Positions 17,909 to 26,203 of a stretch of DNA of 49,971 bases are shown piece by piece; the stretch's first letter is position 1; each line of letters begins with the position of its first letter. The DNA comes from Candidatus Woesearchaeota archaeon (GTDB lineage: Archaea; Nanobdellota; Nanobdellia; SCGC-AAA011-G17; PNOQ01). The notes beneath the pieces were generated by a model. The model was not told the DNA's origin. It did not search any database and worked only from the letters and a program-made list of their open reading frames with translations. The stretch lies in assembly GCA_018693795.1 (NCBI GenBank), contig JABHMJ010000043.1:1-49971 (forward strand), given 5' to 3'. The translations under genes and the position numbers were made by a program.

Positions 17909-19678
17909 CTAAAAAACTATCTCTATATTCTTTCCAATTATTTTCTTAAGATCTTCAAACAAAATTTCTTTTACTGATAAAACTTTAGGAATTTCAGTAT
18001 TAACCAAAACTTTATCCATTTCAATCAAATCACTATTTTGAACATTAACTAAATGTCCTTTTTTATTGATATCAACTTTAACTATTTTTTTAGCTTTCGC
18101 TTGAACATCTTTAACAATAAACGCAACATCTTTCAATAATAATATTTCTCCAAACTTGCCACCATGTTTGAATTTAACTTTGGCTCTCTCAACGCCCATA
18201 AATTTCTTACGTTGAATATGGTCTTCTAAAACTCTCATAAATGTTCTAACTTCTCTCTTAATTTTATCAGACTCAGCTTTAGTCAATTTTTTAGCTTTAA
18301 AATCTTTATATGATTTATTGAAAGATTTTAATTCACTAACCAATTTTTCAGGAATTCCTTCTTTCATACAATATTTCTTAAATCCTAATTCTAATGAAGT
18401 AGATTTAATTCCAGAATCAACCAATAAATCTTGAATCATAGCTGTTATTTCTTTATTTACTTGATCAAAACTCTCTTTTTCTTTTTTACCAACAATTTGA
18501 ACAAATAATTTATTAATTCTCTTCAAAAAATCTTCACTATCTGCGATTAATTTATCAACTTCAGCACCAGTAACTTCTTTTACTTTACCATGTTCAATTT
18601 TTTTAAAGAAAATTCTCACTCTTTCTAAAGTATCCACATATTTTTGCTCTAAAATCTTCTCTTTTTTAACAAAAACTTCTTCTAATAATCTTGAAGTTTC
18701 TTTAGGAGTTGGTGGGCTTAATCCATATAACATTAAAGCTGCCTGGGCAGGATTTATCACAGCATAAAAAATATCTTGTCCAGCAATCATTAACATTTTT
18801 CTCTTAGCAGCATCTAATAATCTATGTCCAGTATCCATAAACATATCAATTGCTTCTGGAGAAGGTTTTATTCTCCCCATTTTTAATAATAATCTCCAAG
18901 GGTTAAAAACTCCTTTATCATAAAGGGGAACTCCATCTCTTAACAAAGTGAATATAACTGGATGTGCATCTTTTATAGACTCCCAAAAATCAGTTAAAAT
19001 ATAAACTTGTACATGGAACTGTTTTTTTATTCCAGTAATTTGTTCAGCATGAAAACCTTGTTCAACAATCAATCCACGTAATTTATCTCTTAATTCTGCT
19101 CGAGACATTCTTTTTACATCAGTGTCATCAATAATAACATAAACATCAATATCATGAGAAGGTTCTCCTCTAAAAATAGAACCTGCAGCAACATAACTTA
19201 CAACATATTTCTCAAATTTCTTAATAGTCATAGATTTATGAACTTCAGAAATTTTCAATGCACCTAAAAAGTCCATGGGATCATATATAATGGCAGACAT
19301 AGCAATTAATTGTAATAATTCATATTTAGCATCATACATAGATTCTTTTATCTCTGAAACCAACATAGCTTCAATAACTATTTTTTCATCAGTTTTCTTA
19401 GCTAATTCAATCAACTCAGGAAAAACTTTATCCTTCATTTTGTAATCCGGAATAATTTTTGATTTTGAATCATCTAAAGCAACAAAAACATTAAATTTAT
19501 CTTTTTCATCTTTCTTTGGAGGCAATAAACACATCCCCAAAATATGTTTTTTATTTTCTTTCAAAGCCTTTTTTTGAAATTTGTCTAGAATTAACTTTAT
19601 TTCTTCTTGCTTTTTCTCCATTTCTTTTATTTGTTCTGGAGTAAAACTAGGCATCTGAGGAGTAATTGGTTGTTCCAT
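17909..19678 (-). CDS. Large nucleotidyltransferase-domain protein (589 aa), paralogue of 12111-12953 with N- and C-terminal extensions
   Basis: GSIFRGEPSHDIDVYVIIDD (NTase motif). FWESIKDAHPVIFTLLRDGVPLYDKGVFNPWRLLLKMGRIKPSPEAI aligns to FWEDVREGEPAAINIIRYGQTLIDFGGFFDPLKSLLAKGRIRPTPEAI in the smaller paralogue. Confidence 0.7.
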   Translation of the reverse strand: MEQPITPQMPSFTPEQIKEMEKKQEEIKLILDKFQKKALKENKKHILGMCLLPPKKDEKDKFNVFVALDDSKSKIIPDYKMKDKVFPELIELAKKTDEKIVIEAMLVSEIKESMYDAKYELLQLIAMSAIIYDPMDFLGALKISEVHKSMTIKKFEKYVVSYVAAGSIFRGEPSHDIDVYVIIDDTDVKRMSRAELRDKLRGLIVEQGFHAEQITGIKKQFHVQVYILTDFWESIKDAHPVIFTLLRDGVPLYDKGVFNPWRLLLKMGRIKPSPEAIDMFMDTGHRLLDAAKRKMLMIAGQDIFYAVINPAQAALMLYGLSPPTPKETSRLLEEVFVKKEKILEQKYVDTLERVRIFFKKIEHGKVKEVTGAEVDKLIADSEDFLKRINKLFVQIVGKKEKESFDQVNKEITAMIQDLLVDSGIKSTSLELGFKKYCMKEGIPEKLVSELKSFNKSYKDFKAKKLTKAESDKIKREVRTFMRVLEDHIQRKKFMGVERAKVKFKHGGKFGEILLLKDVAFIVKDVQAKAKKIVKVDINKKGHLVNVQNSDLIEMDKVLVNTEIPKVLSVKEILFEDLKKIIGKNIEIVF

Positions 19679-19770
19679 ATTTCTTTTAAATGCCTTTATT
19701 ATTTTTATAAAGCTTTCGTTTACTTAAATCAAAACCTTTTTAAAACAAAATCAAACCTAAATTGTTATAT

Positions 19771-19844
19771 GGGCTCGTGGCGTAGTCTGGTAGCGCAACT
19801 CGTTTACACCGAGTAGGTCCCCAGTTCAAATCTGGGCGGGCCCA
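19771..19844 (+). tRNA. tRNA-Val (anticodon UAC), no intron, CCA not encoded
   Basis: Hand-folded cloverleaf: acceptor GGGCTCG/CGGGCCC (one G.U), D stem GCGT/GCGC, anticodon stem ACTCG/CGAGT with loop TTTACAC, T arm CCCAG-TTCAAAT-CTGGG, discriminator A. Confidence 0.9.
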
Positions 19845-19854
19845 TTATCTCAAA

Positions 19855-20058
19855 ATGGCAGAAATAAGAATAATAGATGCAAGTGAAATTGTAAAACCTT
19901 CTACTAGACCAAACAATCTAAGATTAACATATTACAAATTATATGGGACAACAGATGTACATTATTCTCCTTATGGCACAAATAGATCAAGACCTTCTCC
20001 AGCAGAAATAGGTAAACTAGAATCAAAACTAGTAATGGAAGAATTCGATAATCTTTAA
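19855..20058 (+). CDS. Hypothetical protein (67 aa)
   Basis: ORF starting 10 nt after tRNA-Val. Its 3' end overlaps the convergent E1-like gene by 4 nt. No motif recognised. Confidence 0.35.
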   Translation: MAEIRIIDASEIVKPSTRPNNLRLTYYKLYGTTDVHYSPYGTNRSRPSPAEIGKLESKLVMEEFDNL

Positions 20059-20714
20059 ACTTTTATTTTCATAAATTCATTCTTAGCTAAATTAAATCTT
20101 AATAAATTCTTTTCAAACTTTTCACCAGTTAAAATTTTTATAGCTTCGTTTGCTTGTACAGAAGCTATCAAAGAAGTAATAGTATTCAAAACTCCAACAA
20201 CTTTACATCTTTCAAAAGTTGGGGCATTATTAAATATATCTCTAACTGTTTTTCCTTTTGGAACTTGATTAAACACATATCCTTCTAATCTAATAGCAGA
20301 ACCAAAAACTAAAGGAATTTTTTTACAATAATCACTAACAGGATAGCTTGCTTCAAAATTATCAGCACAATCTAAAACCAAATCAGATTTTAAAAGATCT
20401 AAATTAGTTTCATCTATGGCATCTTTAATATCAATTATTTCAACTTCAGAATTAACTTTTTCAAGATATTTTTTAGCAACTTTTACTTTATATTTTCCCA
20501 CATCTTTTTCAGTATAGATATGTTGTCTTTGTAAATTATCTAAGTTTACAGTATCATAATCAATAATTTTTATTTTACCAACACCAGATCTTGTTAAAAG
20601 ATCAGCACATAAACTCCCTAATGCTCCCACTCCAACTATAGTAACAAAAGAATTTTCTAACTTTTTTTGAGATTTTTTTCCAATGGTTATTATTTGCCTA
20701 TTGTATCTATCCAT
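20055..20714 (-). CDS. ThiF/MoeB/UbaA-type E1-like adenylyltransferase
   Basis: IVGVGALGSLCADLLTRSGVG (nucleotide-binding loop), NLQRQ, LDCADNF, CKVVGVLNTITSLIASVQANEAIKILTG (family signature including the conserved Cys). Confidence 0.85.
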   Translation of the reverse strand: MDRYNRQIITIGKKSQKKLENSFVTIVGVGALGSLCADLLTRSGVGKIKIIDYDTVNLDNLQRQHIYTEKDVGKYKVKVAKKYLEKVNSEVEIIDIKDAIDETNLDLLKSDLVLDCADNFEASYPVSDYCKKIPLVFGSAIRLEGYVFNQVPKGKTVRDIFNNAPTFERCKVVGVLNTITSLIASVQANEAIKILTGEKFEKNLLRFNLAKNEFMKIKV

Positions 20715-21039
20715 CGTAATTAGAAAGACTCTTCAATTCTTCTATACTTCTTGTACCTGGATATAATTGTCCATCTGGGAAAACCCATGTTGGATAACCT
20801 TGAACACCATGATCTACACACCAACTCTGTTCATTATCACAATTTTTAAAATCTACATATTGGAAAGAATCTCCAAACAATGCTTTTTGATCTTTACAAT
20901 GGCTACACCAATCTGTTCCTGCCATTGCAATACCTTCAGAAGTTAAATATTGTGCAAAATCATCATGCTCACTAGGTCCACTAGTTGTTGCGCACCCAGA
21001 AATTAACAACATTAATCCAAATAAAATTAATATTTTCAT
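20707..21039 (-). CDS. Thioredoxin-like lipoprotein resembling the Trx-like domain fused to bacterial VKOR
   Basis: Lipobox LLISGC after a hydrophobic N-terminus. WCSHCKDQKALFG...FKNC...WC...GVQGYPTWVF matches the WCxHCxxQKxxFG...yPTW pattern. The 3' end overlaps the E1-like gene start by 8 nt. Confidence 0.7.
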   Translation of the reverse strand: MKILILFGLMLLISGCATTSGPSEHDDFAQYLTSEGIAMAGTDWCSHCKDQKALFGDSFQYVDFKNCDNEQSWCVDHGVQGYPTWVFPDGQLYPGTRSIEELKSLSNYDG

Positions 21040-21111
21040 ATCTTTAAAATAAATTAATCAATTAAAAAGCTTTTGGTAACATTTATAAATGGAACATATA
21101 TGCTGTAGAAT

Positions 21112-21498
21112 ATGGATGGACCAGGAATTATAATTGGAGTCTCATTAGTTGGAGCATCAATAGGCATAGCTGCCTTTGTAGATTATGCAAGATCAGTTGG
21201 TGAGCAAGAAAAAGCACATGATCTTAGATCAAGGATACATGGAAATCTTGAAGCATATTTAAATGGAAAAACAATTAGACAGTATAAAATAATTCGATTA
21301 GAAACTTCACAATCATCTATAGATAAACACCGTGCTGAAAATAGATGCATAATTGATATTTGTAAACAAATGGATTCCCGAGGGGTAGAATTTATAGTCA
21401 GCCCACATTACGATAATTCTATTGTAAAATCATATGTGCAAAAAAAATACAAATGTGAATTATCTGGAATTGGTTTAAAACCTAAATCAACCTCCTGA
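21112..21498 (+). CDS. Hypothetical protein with an N-terminal transmembrane segment (128 aa)
   Basis: ORF with ATTTATAAAT (21081-21090) ~26 nt upstream of the ATG. Convergent 12-nt overlap with the ThiS-like gene. Confidence 0.45.
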   Translation: MDGPGIIIGVSLVGASIGIAAFVDYARSVGEQEKAHDLRSRIHGNLEAYLNGKTIRQYKIIRLETSQSSIDKHRAENRCIIDICKQMDSRGVEFIVSPHYDNSIVKSYVQKKYKCELSGIGLKPKSTS

Positions 21499-21681
21499 AA
21501 CAACACTTAAAAATTTAACTTCATCACTAGATTCAAAACCAACATCTTGATTAACTAATTCACCATTCTTAACAATAATATATTCTTCTAAATTAATACC
21601 AAGTAAGTCAACTAATTCTTTAACACTCTTAACATCAATATTTCCTTTATCTCCAATTCTATCTACATAAACTTTAACCAT
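21487..21681 (-). CDS. ThiS/MoaD/SAMP-type ubiquitin-fold sulfur-carrier protein with a C-terminal Gly-Gly
   Basis: 64 aa, ending ...VKFLSVVSGG followed by the stop. Its start overlaps the upstream TtuA/NcsA-like gene by 8 nt. Confidence 0.75.
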   Translation of the reverse strand: MVKVYVDRIGDKGNIDVKSVKELVDLLGINLEEYIIVKNGELVNQDVGFESSDEVKFLSVVSGG

Positions 21682-22588
21682 TTTTTAACCTCTTAACATA
21701 TTCACATGCCTGACAAGTTTCATTTGAAGCGGGCTCACCACATTTACAGATTTTAATGCTAGATCCTGCATATTTTTCTTTCAAAGAAGGCAATATCTCT
21801 AAAAAAGAATTTACAATTGAATATTTAGTGGATGGATATTTTTTATCAAAGTCATTAATCATAGTTCTAACCTCACTTCTTAAAGATCCTTTTGCGTATG
21901 GGCATTCATTGAAATTATCAGTTAAACCCTTAATAAATGCATAAGTCATAATTTCTTTTTCAGTTAAAAAATATAATGGTTTTATTCTTTTAATAAATTT
22001 CTTATCATCCTGTATTCCAGTAATTGGCCCTAATCTAGCAGAAGTTTCCATAGTATTCCTAAAAGTATTCATAACAATTGATTGTGATTCATCATCTAAA
22101 TTATGTCCAGTAGCAATTCTATCAACTTTTAACTCTCTAGCAGCTTTATTCATTAAATATCTTCTAAAAACCCCACAAATACTACAAGAATTGATATCTA
22201 AAATTTTCAAAGCTTTACCTAATTTATATCCAAATTCATCTTCGAAACTATAAATATGTAATTTAATATTATTTTCATCACAATATTTTTGAGCAGTTTT
22301 TATTGATTCATCTCTATATCCATGAATTCCTTCATCAATTAATATCCCAATAATTTTTGTAGTTCTTTGTTTGCTAATAATATCATTCAAAACATGTAAT
22401 GTAGTTAAAGAATCTTTTCCACCGGAAACTCCTACAGCAATACTCTCGCCCTTCTCAAATAAATTATATTGTCTAACTGTTTTTCTAACTTTTGCTTCAA
22501 AGTATTTAATAAAACAACTTTTACACAAAGAAATATTATTATTTGGAAGTGTAATTACCGGTTTTTCTTTACATTTTTTGCATGCCAT
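21674..22588 (-). CDS. TtuA/NcsA (Ncs6/Ctu1)-family tRNA 2-thiolation PP-loop ATPase
   Basis: PP-loop AVGVSGGKDSLT. N-terminal CKKC...CKSC and C-terminal CKCG...CQAC zinc fingers. CSICGVFRR and NECPYA supply the Fe-S ligand cysteines typical of the family. Confidence 0.85.
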   Translation of the reverse strand: MACKKCKEKPVITLPNNNISLCKSCFIKYFEAKVRKTVRQYNLFEKGESIAVGVSGGKDSLTTLHVLNDIISKQRTTKIIGILIDEGIHGYRDESIKTAQKYCDENNIKLHIYSFEDEFGYKLGKALKILDINSCSICGVFRRYLMNKAARELKVDRIATGHNLDDESQSIVMNTFRNTMETSARLGPITGIQDDKKFIKRIKPLYFLTEKEIMTYAFIKGLTDNFNECPYAKGSLRSEVRTMINDFDKKYPSTKYSIVNSFLEILPSLKEKYAGSSIKICKCGEPASNETCQACEYVKRLKNG

Positions 22589-22616
22589 ACTAAATTTCTA
22601 AGAAAAAAGTTTGTTT

Positions 22617-23192
22617 TTAAGCGTTTCTAATTGCATTTTGATAAGCAGCATAACCTTGTAATCCTTCAAATTTTTTCCCATTAATAAAAACAACAGGTAA
22701 ATAAGAAACTTCTAATTTTTCTCCTAATCCAAAATCTTTTTCAATTTCAATTTCAAATATATTTGTTTCAACACATTGTTTAAATTCTTCAATTCTTAAT
22801 CCAATTATTTCATCAGCCATTTCATATAAACTATTTTTCCCAAAATTTCCATTAAATGAATAAAGTCTGTTGTGCATTTCTTCAAAATATTTTTGATTAT
22901 TTGCACATTCAGATCCAATTGCTGCCAATTTTGATTGGTTAGATTTAACAAAATGCTTGTAAATAAACTTAACATCATAATCCATTCTTAATCTCTTCAT
23001 ACTATTTTCACTTTGTCTAGAAACCGGATCTAAATAATCTCCAAATTCAACAATTATTATACTTGCATTATCTTCGCCAAGGAAATCATCATCTCTTAAA
23101 ACCCTAGAATAAGGATCATTTGAGATAGAATAAGCAACAATAAAGAATACAATAATCAGAAAAACCCACAAAAATGTAACCCAATGCTTCAT
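22617..23192 (-). CDS. DsbA-like thioredoxin-fold protein with a degenerate active site; membrane-anchored
   Basis: IIVEFGDYLDPVSRQS stands where DsbA-family proteins carry DYxCPxC, so CxxC is replaced by DPVS. The cis-Pro region YLPVVFINGKKFEG is retained. Confidence 0.6.
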   Translation of the reverse strand: MKHWVTFLWVFLIIVFFIVAYSISNDPYSRVLRDDDFLGEDNASIIIVEFGDYLDPVSRQSENSMKRLRMDYDVKFIYKHFVKSNQSKLAAIGSECANNQKYFEEMHNRLYSFNGNFGKNSLYEMADEIIGLRIEEFKQCVETNIFEIEIEKDFGLGEKLEVSYLPVVFINGKKFEGLQGYAAYQNAIRNA

Positions 23193-23269
23193 AAACTAAT
23201 TTTAATTATATTATTATTTAAATCTACCGTAATAAAAAGATTTATAAAAAATTAAAATAAATAAACAAT

Positions 23270-23575
23270 ATGAGAAAAAAGATTGATATATTATTTGGAG
23301 TATTAACATTAGTTATTTTAGCAACATTATTCACCAGTGTACAAGATGAACCAAGATTATCTCCGGCAATACAAGAAAATGCCCCAAAATTAAGTTCTAA
23401 CACTGGATTAATTCATGCTCCTTGTAGTGAAGTTTGTTGGGCAGGAGATAAATGTAAACAAGCAGAATCTTTCAAAGGGTCAAACAACTATCTATGCATT
23501 TGCAACTCATGTGAAAATATAGATAAATGTAATTTAAAATCAGATAATCCTTCAGAATTTAATTGGAATTGTTAA
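23270..23575 (+). CDS. Small secreted Cys-rich protein (101 aa)
   Basis: N-terminal hydrophobic segment. Eight Cys in the mature part. TTTATAAAAA lies ~25 nt upstream of the ATG. Confidence 0.5.
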   Translation: MRKKIDILFGVLTLVILATLFTSVQDEPRLSPAIQENAPKLSSNTGLIHAPCSEVCWAGDKCKQAESFKGSNNYLCICNSCENIDKCNLKSDNPSEFNWNC

Positions 23576-23577
23576 AA

Positions 23578-24066
23578 TTATTTCTTTTTCTTAATTACTT
23601 TCTTTTTAGTAGATTTCTTCTTTACAACTTTCTTTTTAGCAGTTTTCTTTCTAGCGGCCTTTTTTGCTTCTTTTTCTTTTAATTCTTTAGCTTTTTTTCT
23701 TGCATCAGCAAATAATCCCCAAATCGGATATGTTTTTTTGCTATATGGAGAATCTTTTACCATTTTTACAATTTTTCCATCTAAAATTTCAACTCTAACT
23801 AATGTATAATAAGCTGGTTGATTCATGAATCCGCCCTCTTTTATAACAAATTGAACATCATACGGTCCAGAAGACCAATTTCCAGTAAACTGGTGCATAA
23901 ATTTCTTAAAAGTTGGTGCAGACTTACAATCTGCTATATTAACTCTCAAATATTTATTTTTATGATACGGTGCCTTATACGTTTCTCTAATCTTTAAAAC
24001 CAACATTGGCCTCATAAAATTTACTTTTATAACTTCATCCATCTGATACCTATAATTTCTAAGCAT
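23578..24066 (-). CDS. Hypothetical protein with a Lys-rich (histone H1-like) C-terminal tail
   Basis: The ORF ends ...KKAKELKEKEAKKAARKKTAKKKVVKKKSTKKKVIKKKK. It lies 4 nt downstream of the Rpp30 gene. Confidence 0.5.
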   Translation of the reverse strand: MLRNYRYQMDEVIKVNFMRPMLVLKIRETYKAPYHKNKYLRVNIADCKSAPTFKKFMHQFTGNWSSGPYDVQFVIKEGGFMNQPAYYTLVRVEILDGKIVKMVKDSPYSKKTYPIWGLFADARKKAKELKEKEAKKAARKKTAKKKVVKKKSTKKKVIKKKK

Positions 24067-24070
24067 CTAT

Positions 24071-24565
24071 TTAAAACTTTCCCAAGATTCTAGCAAAAAC
24101 TTTCAAAAAATCCTCACTTCTTAATTCATACTTGTTCTTGGCAAAAGAAGAGAATACCATTTTCACTTTATATTTTTTACAAAACTTTACATTTTGTTTC
24201 ATTCTACCCAAAATTCTGGCCCTTTGTTTATCAGAAGAATGCAATAAATATGAAAAATCAAAACCAATTGCTACCCCATTTTTAGCAGCTAACTTACATA
24301 AAACTTGATTCAATCCAGATCTTCTAGAAAACATTAAATCTTTCCTGGTATTTTTCTCAGGACTTAATAAAATATCAACTTGTTTATTTTCAACAGCAAA
24401 TCTATTAATATCTAAGTCTCCACCCTGAACAATAACTAATCCTTTTTTATTCATAATTTCTTTTCTTAATTCTTTTAAAGGAACATCAATAACTCTAATT
24501 AATTCAGTTTTAATTCCCAAATATTTCTCAATTTCTTTATCCTGAACAAAACTTAACTGTTCCAT
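24071..24565 (-). CDS. rnp3: RNase P protein component 3 (Rpp30/Rnp3)
   Basis: Pattern VDILLSPE...GLNQVLCKLAAKNGVAIGFDFSYLL...KYKVKMVFSSFAKNKYELRS matches the Rpp30 TIM-barrel family by recall. The track start at 24583 is a TTG; the first ATG is at 24565. Confidence 0.65.
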   Translation of the reverse strand: MEQLSFVQDKEIEKYLGIKTELIRVIDVPLKELRKEIMNKKGLVIVQGGDLDINRFAVENKQVDILLSPEKNTRKDLMFSRRSGLNQVLCKLAAKNGVAIGFDFSYLLHSSDKQRARILGRMKQNVKFCKKYKVKMVFSSFAKNKYELRSEDFLKVFARILGKF

Positions 24566-24599
24566 AACAAATAAATAGTACAAACCATTTAAAAATCTA

Positions 24600-25457
24600 A
24601 TGAAAATTGACTTAAAATCAATAATTCTTGCAACATTAATAATTGGAGGGTGCGGGCAATCAATAACTAGAAATCCAGAACCAATCCCAGATACAGGAAT
24701 ACAAGAACTAGTTTATGGAACTCCAGAAACATTAGAAGTTTTAACTTGGAATCTACAAACTTTCCCAAAACATGAAGATACAATTCCTTATTTATCCCAA
24801 ATAATTCCTAATTTAGATATAGACATAATTGCTTTACAAGAAATGCAATCATCTTTTCAAACATTATTAGACAATCTTCCCGGGTATGAAGGAATAAAAC
24901 CAAATTCTGCAAGTTATAGTTTAGATTTAGCTTTTTTATACAACCCAGAAATAATAACTATAAACAATACTTATGAAATTTTTCAAAGTAATTGGTATGC
25001 ATTCCCACGTTCACCATTAATAATAGAGGCAGAATATAATTCAATCCCAATAACAATAATCAATAATCACTTTAAATGTTGTGGAGGAGAAGAAAATGAA
25101 AATAGAAGAACCCAAGCAAGTGAGTTATTAGAAGATTACATCCAAGAAAATTTATCAGATAAAAATGTGATTGTATTGGGAGATTTGAACGATGATTTAG
25201 AATTCTTTCAAAATTTCATAAATTCTCCAGAAGAGTATAAATTTGCAGATTATGAAATTTCTCTAGATCAATCCCAATGGTCATACCCAAGATATCCAAG
25301 TCATATTGACCACATATTAATAACAAATGAATTATTTCAAAATGAACAAGAAACTAAAACACTAAAAATTGAAGATCTTTTAGAAGATTCTTGGTCAGAA
25401 TATTACACAATACTTTCAGATCATCGCCCTGTTGTTATTAAACTTGATTTTGAATAA
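24600..25457 (+). CDS. Endonuclease/exonuclease/phosphatase (EEP) family lipoprotein, probably a secreted nuclease or phosphodiesterase
   Basis: Lipobox LIIGGC. EEP motifs LTWNLQTF, DIIALQEM, NNHFK, GDLND, SDHRPV. Confidence 0.8.
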   Translation: MKIDLKSIILATLIIGGCGQSITRNPEPIPDTGIQELVYGTPETLEVLTWNLQTFPKHEDTIPYLSQIIPNLDIDIIALQEMQSSFQTLLDNLPGYEGIKPNSASYSLDLAFLYNPEIITINNTYEIFQSNWYAFPRSPLIIEAEYNSIPITIINNHFKCCGGEENENRRTQASELLEDYIQENLSDKNVIVLGDLNDDLEFFQNFINSPEEYKFADYEISLDQSQWSYPRYPSHIDHILITNELFQNEQETKTLKIEDLLEDSWSEYYTILSDHRPVVIKLDFE

Positions 25458-25459
25458 AA

Positions 25460-25693
25460 TTAGTTTCTTTGAAAAGGTCTTATTATTCCATCATACTTGC
25501 TTAAAATTTCTCTTTTTTGAATTATAGAGAATCTCAAATCATCTTTTTCAATTTTAGTTTTAGTAAATATTAGCCCTTCTAAGTTTTGTAATTCTTCTGA
25601 ACAATAATGAAATGAGGTTTCGGGATATAGTATAACTTCTCTAGAATTAGAAGAAGTATATTTGAATGCGTACATATGAATAAGTTCAACCAT
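25460..25693 (-). CDS. Hypothetical protein (77 aa)
   Basis: ORF only. Confidence 0.35.
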   Translation of the reverse strand: MVELIHMYAFKYTSSNSREVILYPETSFHYCSEELQNLEGLIFTKTKIEKDDLRFSIIQKREILSKYDGIIRPFQRN

Positions 25694-25704
25694 AATAAAA
25701 GGAG

Positions 25705-26181
25705 TTAACTTTCATTAATAAAATTAACTATATCTTTTATTTTATAACCGTGCGTAGTACTAAGAACAAATAAATGATGTTTTTTTTCTTTTGCTTCAAT
25801 AACAATTGTATCAAATATTTCTGCCTCAACATTATCTCTTATTTTTTTAGCATTATATTTTCTTTTTTTCAATCTATCTTTTAAAATATTAATATCACAT
25901 GTTGTCACAATACATAGATCAACATATTTTTTGGGTAAATAATGACTTAAATGAGAATCAATAATTAAATTTTTCTTTCCAATTAAAGAAATCAAAAACT
26001 TGTTTAATTTTTTTACATCAATAATTTCACACTCATTTTCTTTATCATAACCAGAAGATAATTTATTTTTTTTAATTAATTTAGAAACATCCACATATTC
26101 ATAATTTAAAGCCTTACTTAATTTCTTAGATAAAATAGTTTTTCCACTTCCAACTGATCCACTAACAACTATTGTTTTCAT
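25705..26181 (-). CDS. Adenylate kinase-like P-loop NTPase (Fap7/AK6-like)
   Basis: VVSGSVGSGKTILSKKLS Walker A at the N-terminus. The 158-aa size is typical of archaeal Fap7-type kinases. Confidence 0.6.
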   Translation of the reverse strand: MKTIVVSGSVGSGKTILSKKLSKALNYEYVDVSKLIKKNKLSSGYDKENECEIIDVKKLNKFLISLIGKKNLIIDSHLSHYLPKKYVDLCIVTTCDINILKDRLKKRKYNAKKIRDNVEAEIFDTIVIEAKEKKHHLFVLSTTHGYKIKDIVNFINES

Positions 26182-26203
26182 AAACTAAAAAAATAAAAGA
26201 AGT

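Noticed and set aside
19607-19816. 69-aa plus-strand ORF spanning the NTase gene start and tRNA-Val
   Set aside because: It overlaps a well-folding tRNA gene and the 5' end of a real CDS, so it is spurious.
23578-24066. Considered the ORF downstream of rnp3 as the RNase P Pop5/Rnp2 subunit
   Set aside because: The sequence does not resemble the Pop5 pattern I can recall, and the length and poly-Lys tail do not fit. It is left as hypothetical.
24566-24583. N-terminal extensions created by TTG starts in the ORF track (24583, 10905, 29954, 43774, 30572, 47658)
   Set aside because: Each extension adds only 4-7 residues, mostly hydrophobic or low-complexity, before an in-frame ATG. The ATG models are preferred, except for acs (36440) and 46570, where conservation or an SD site supports the TTG.
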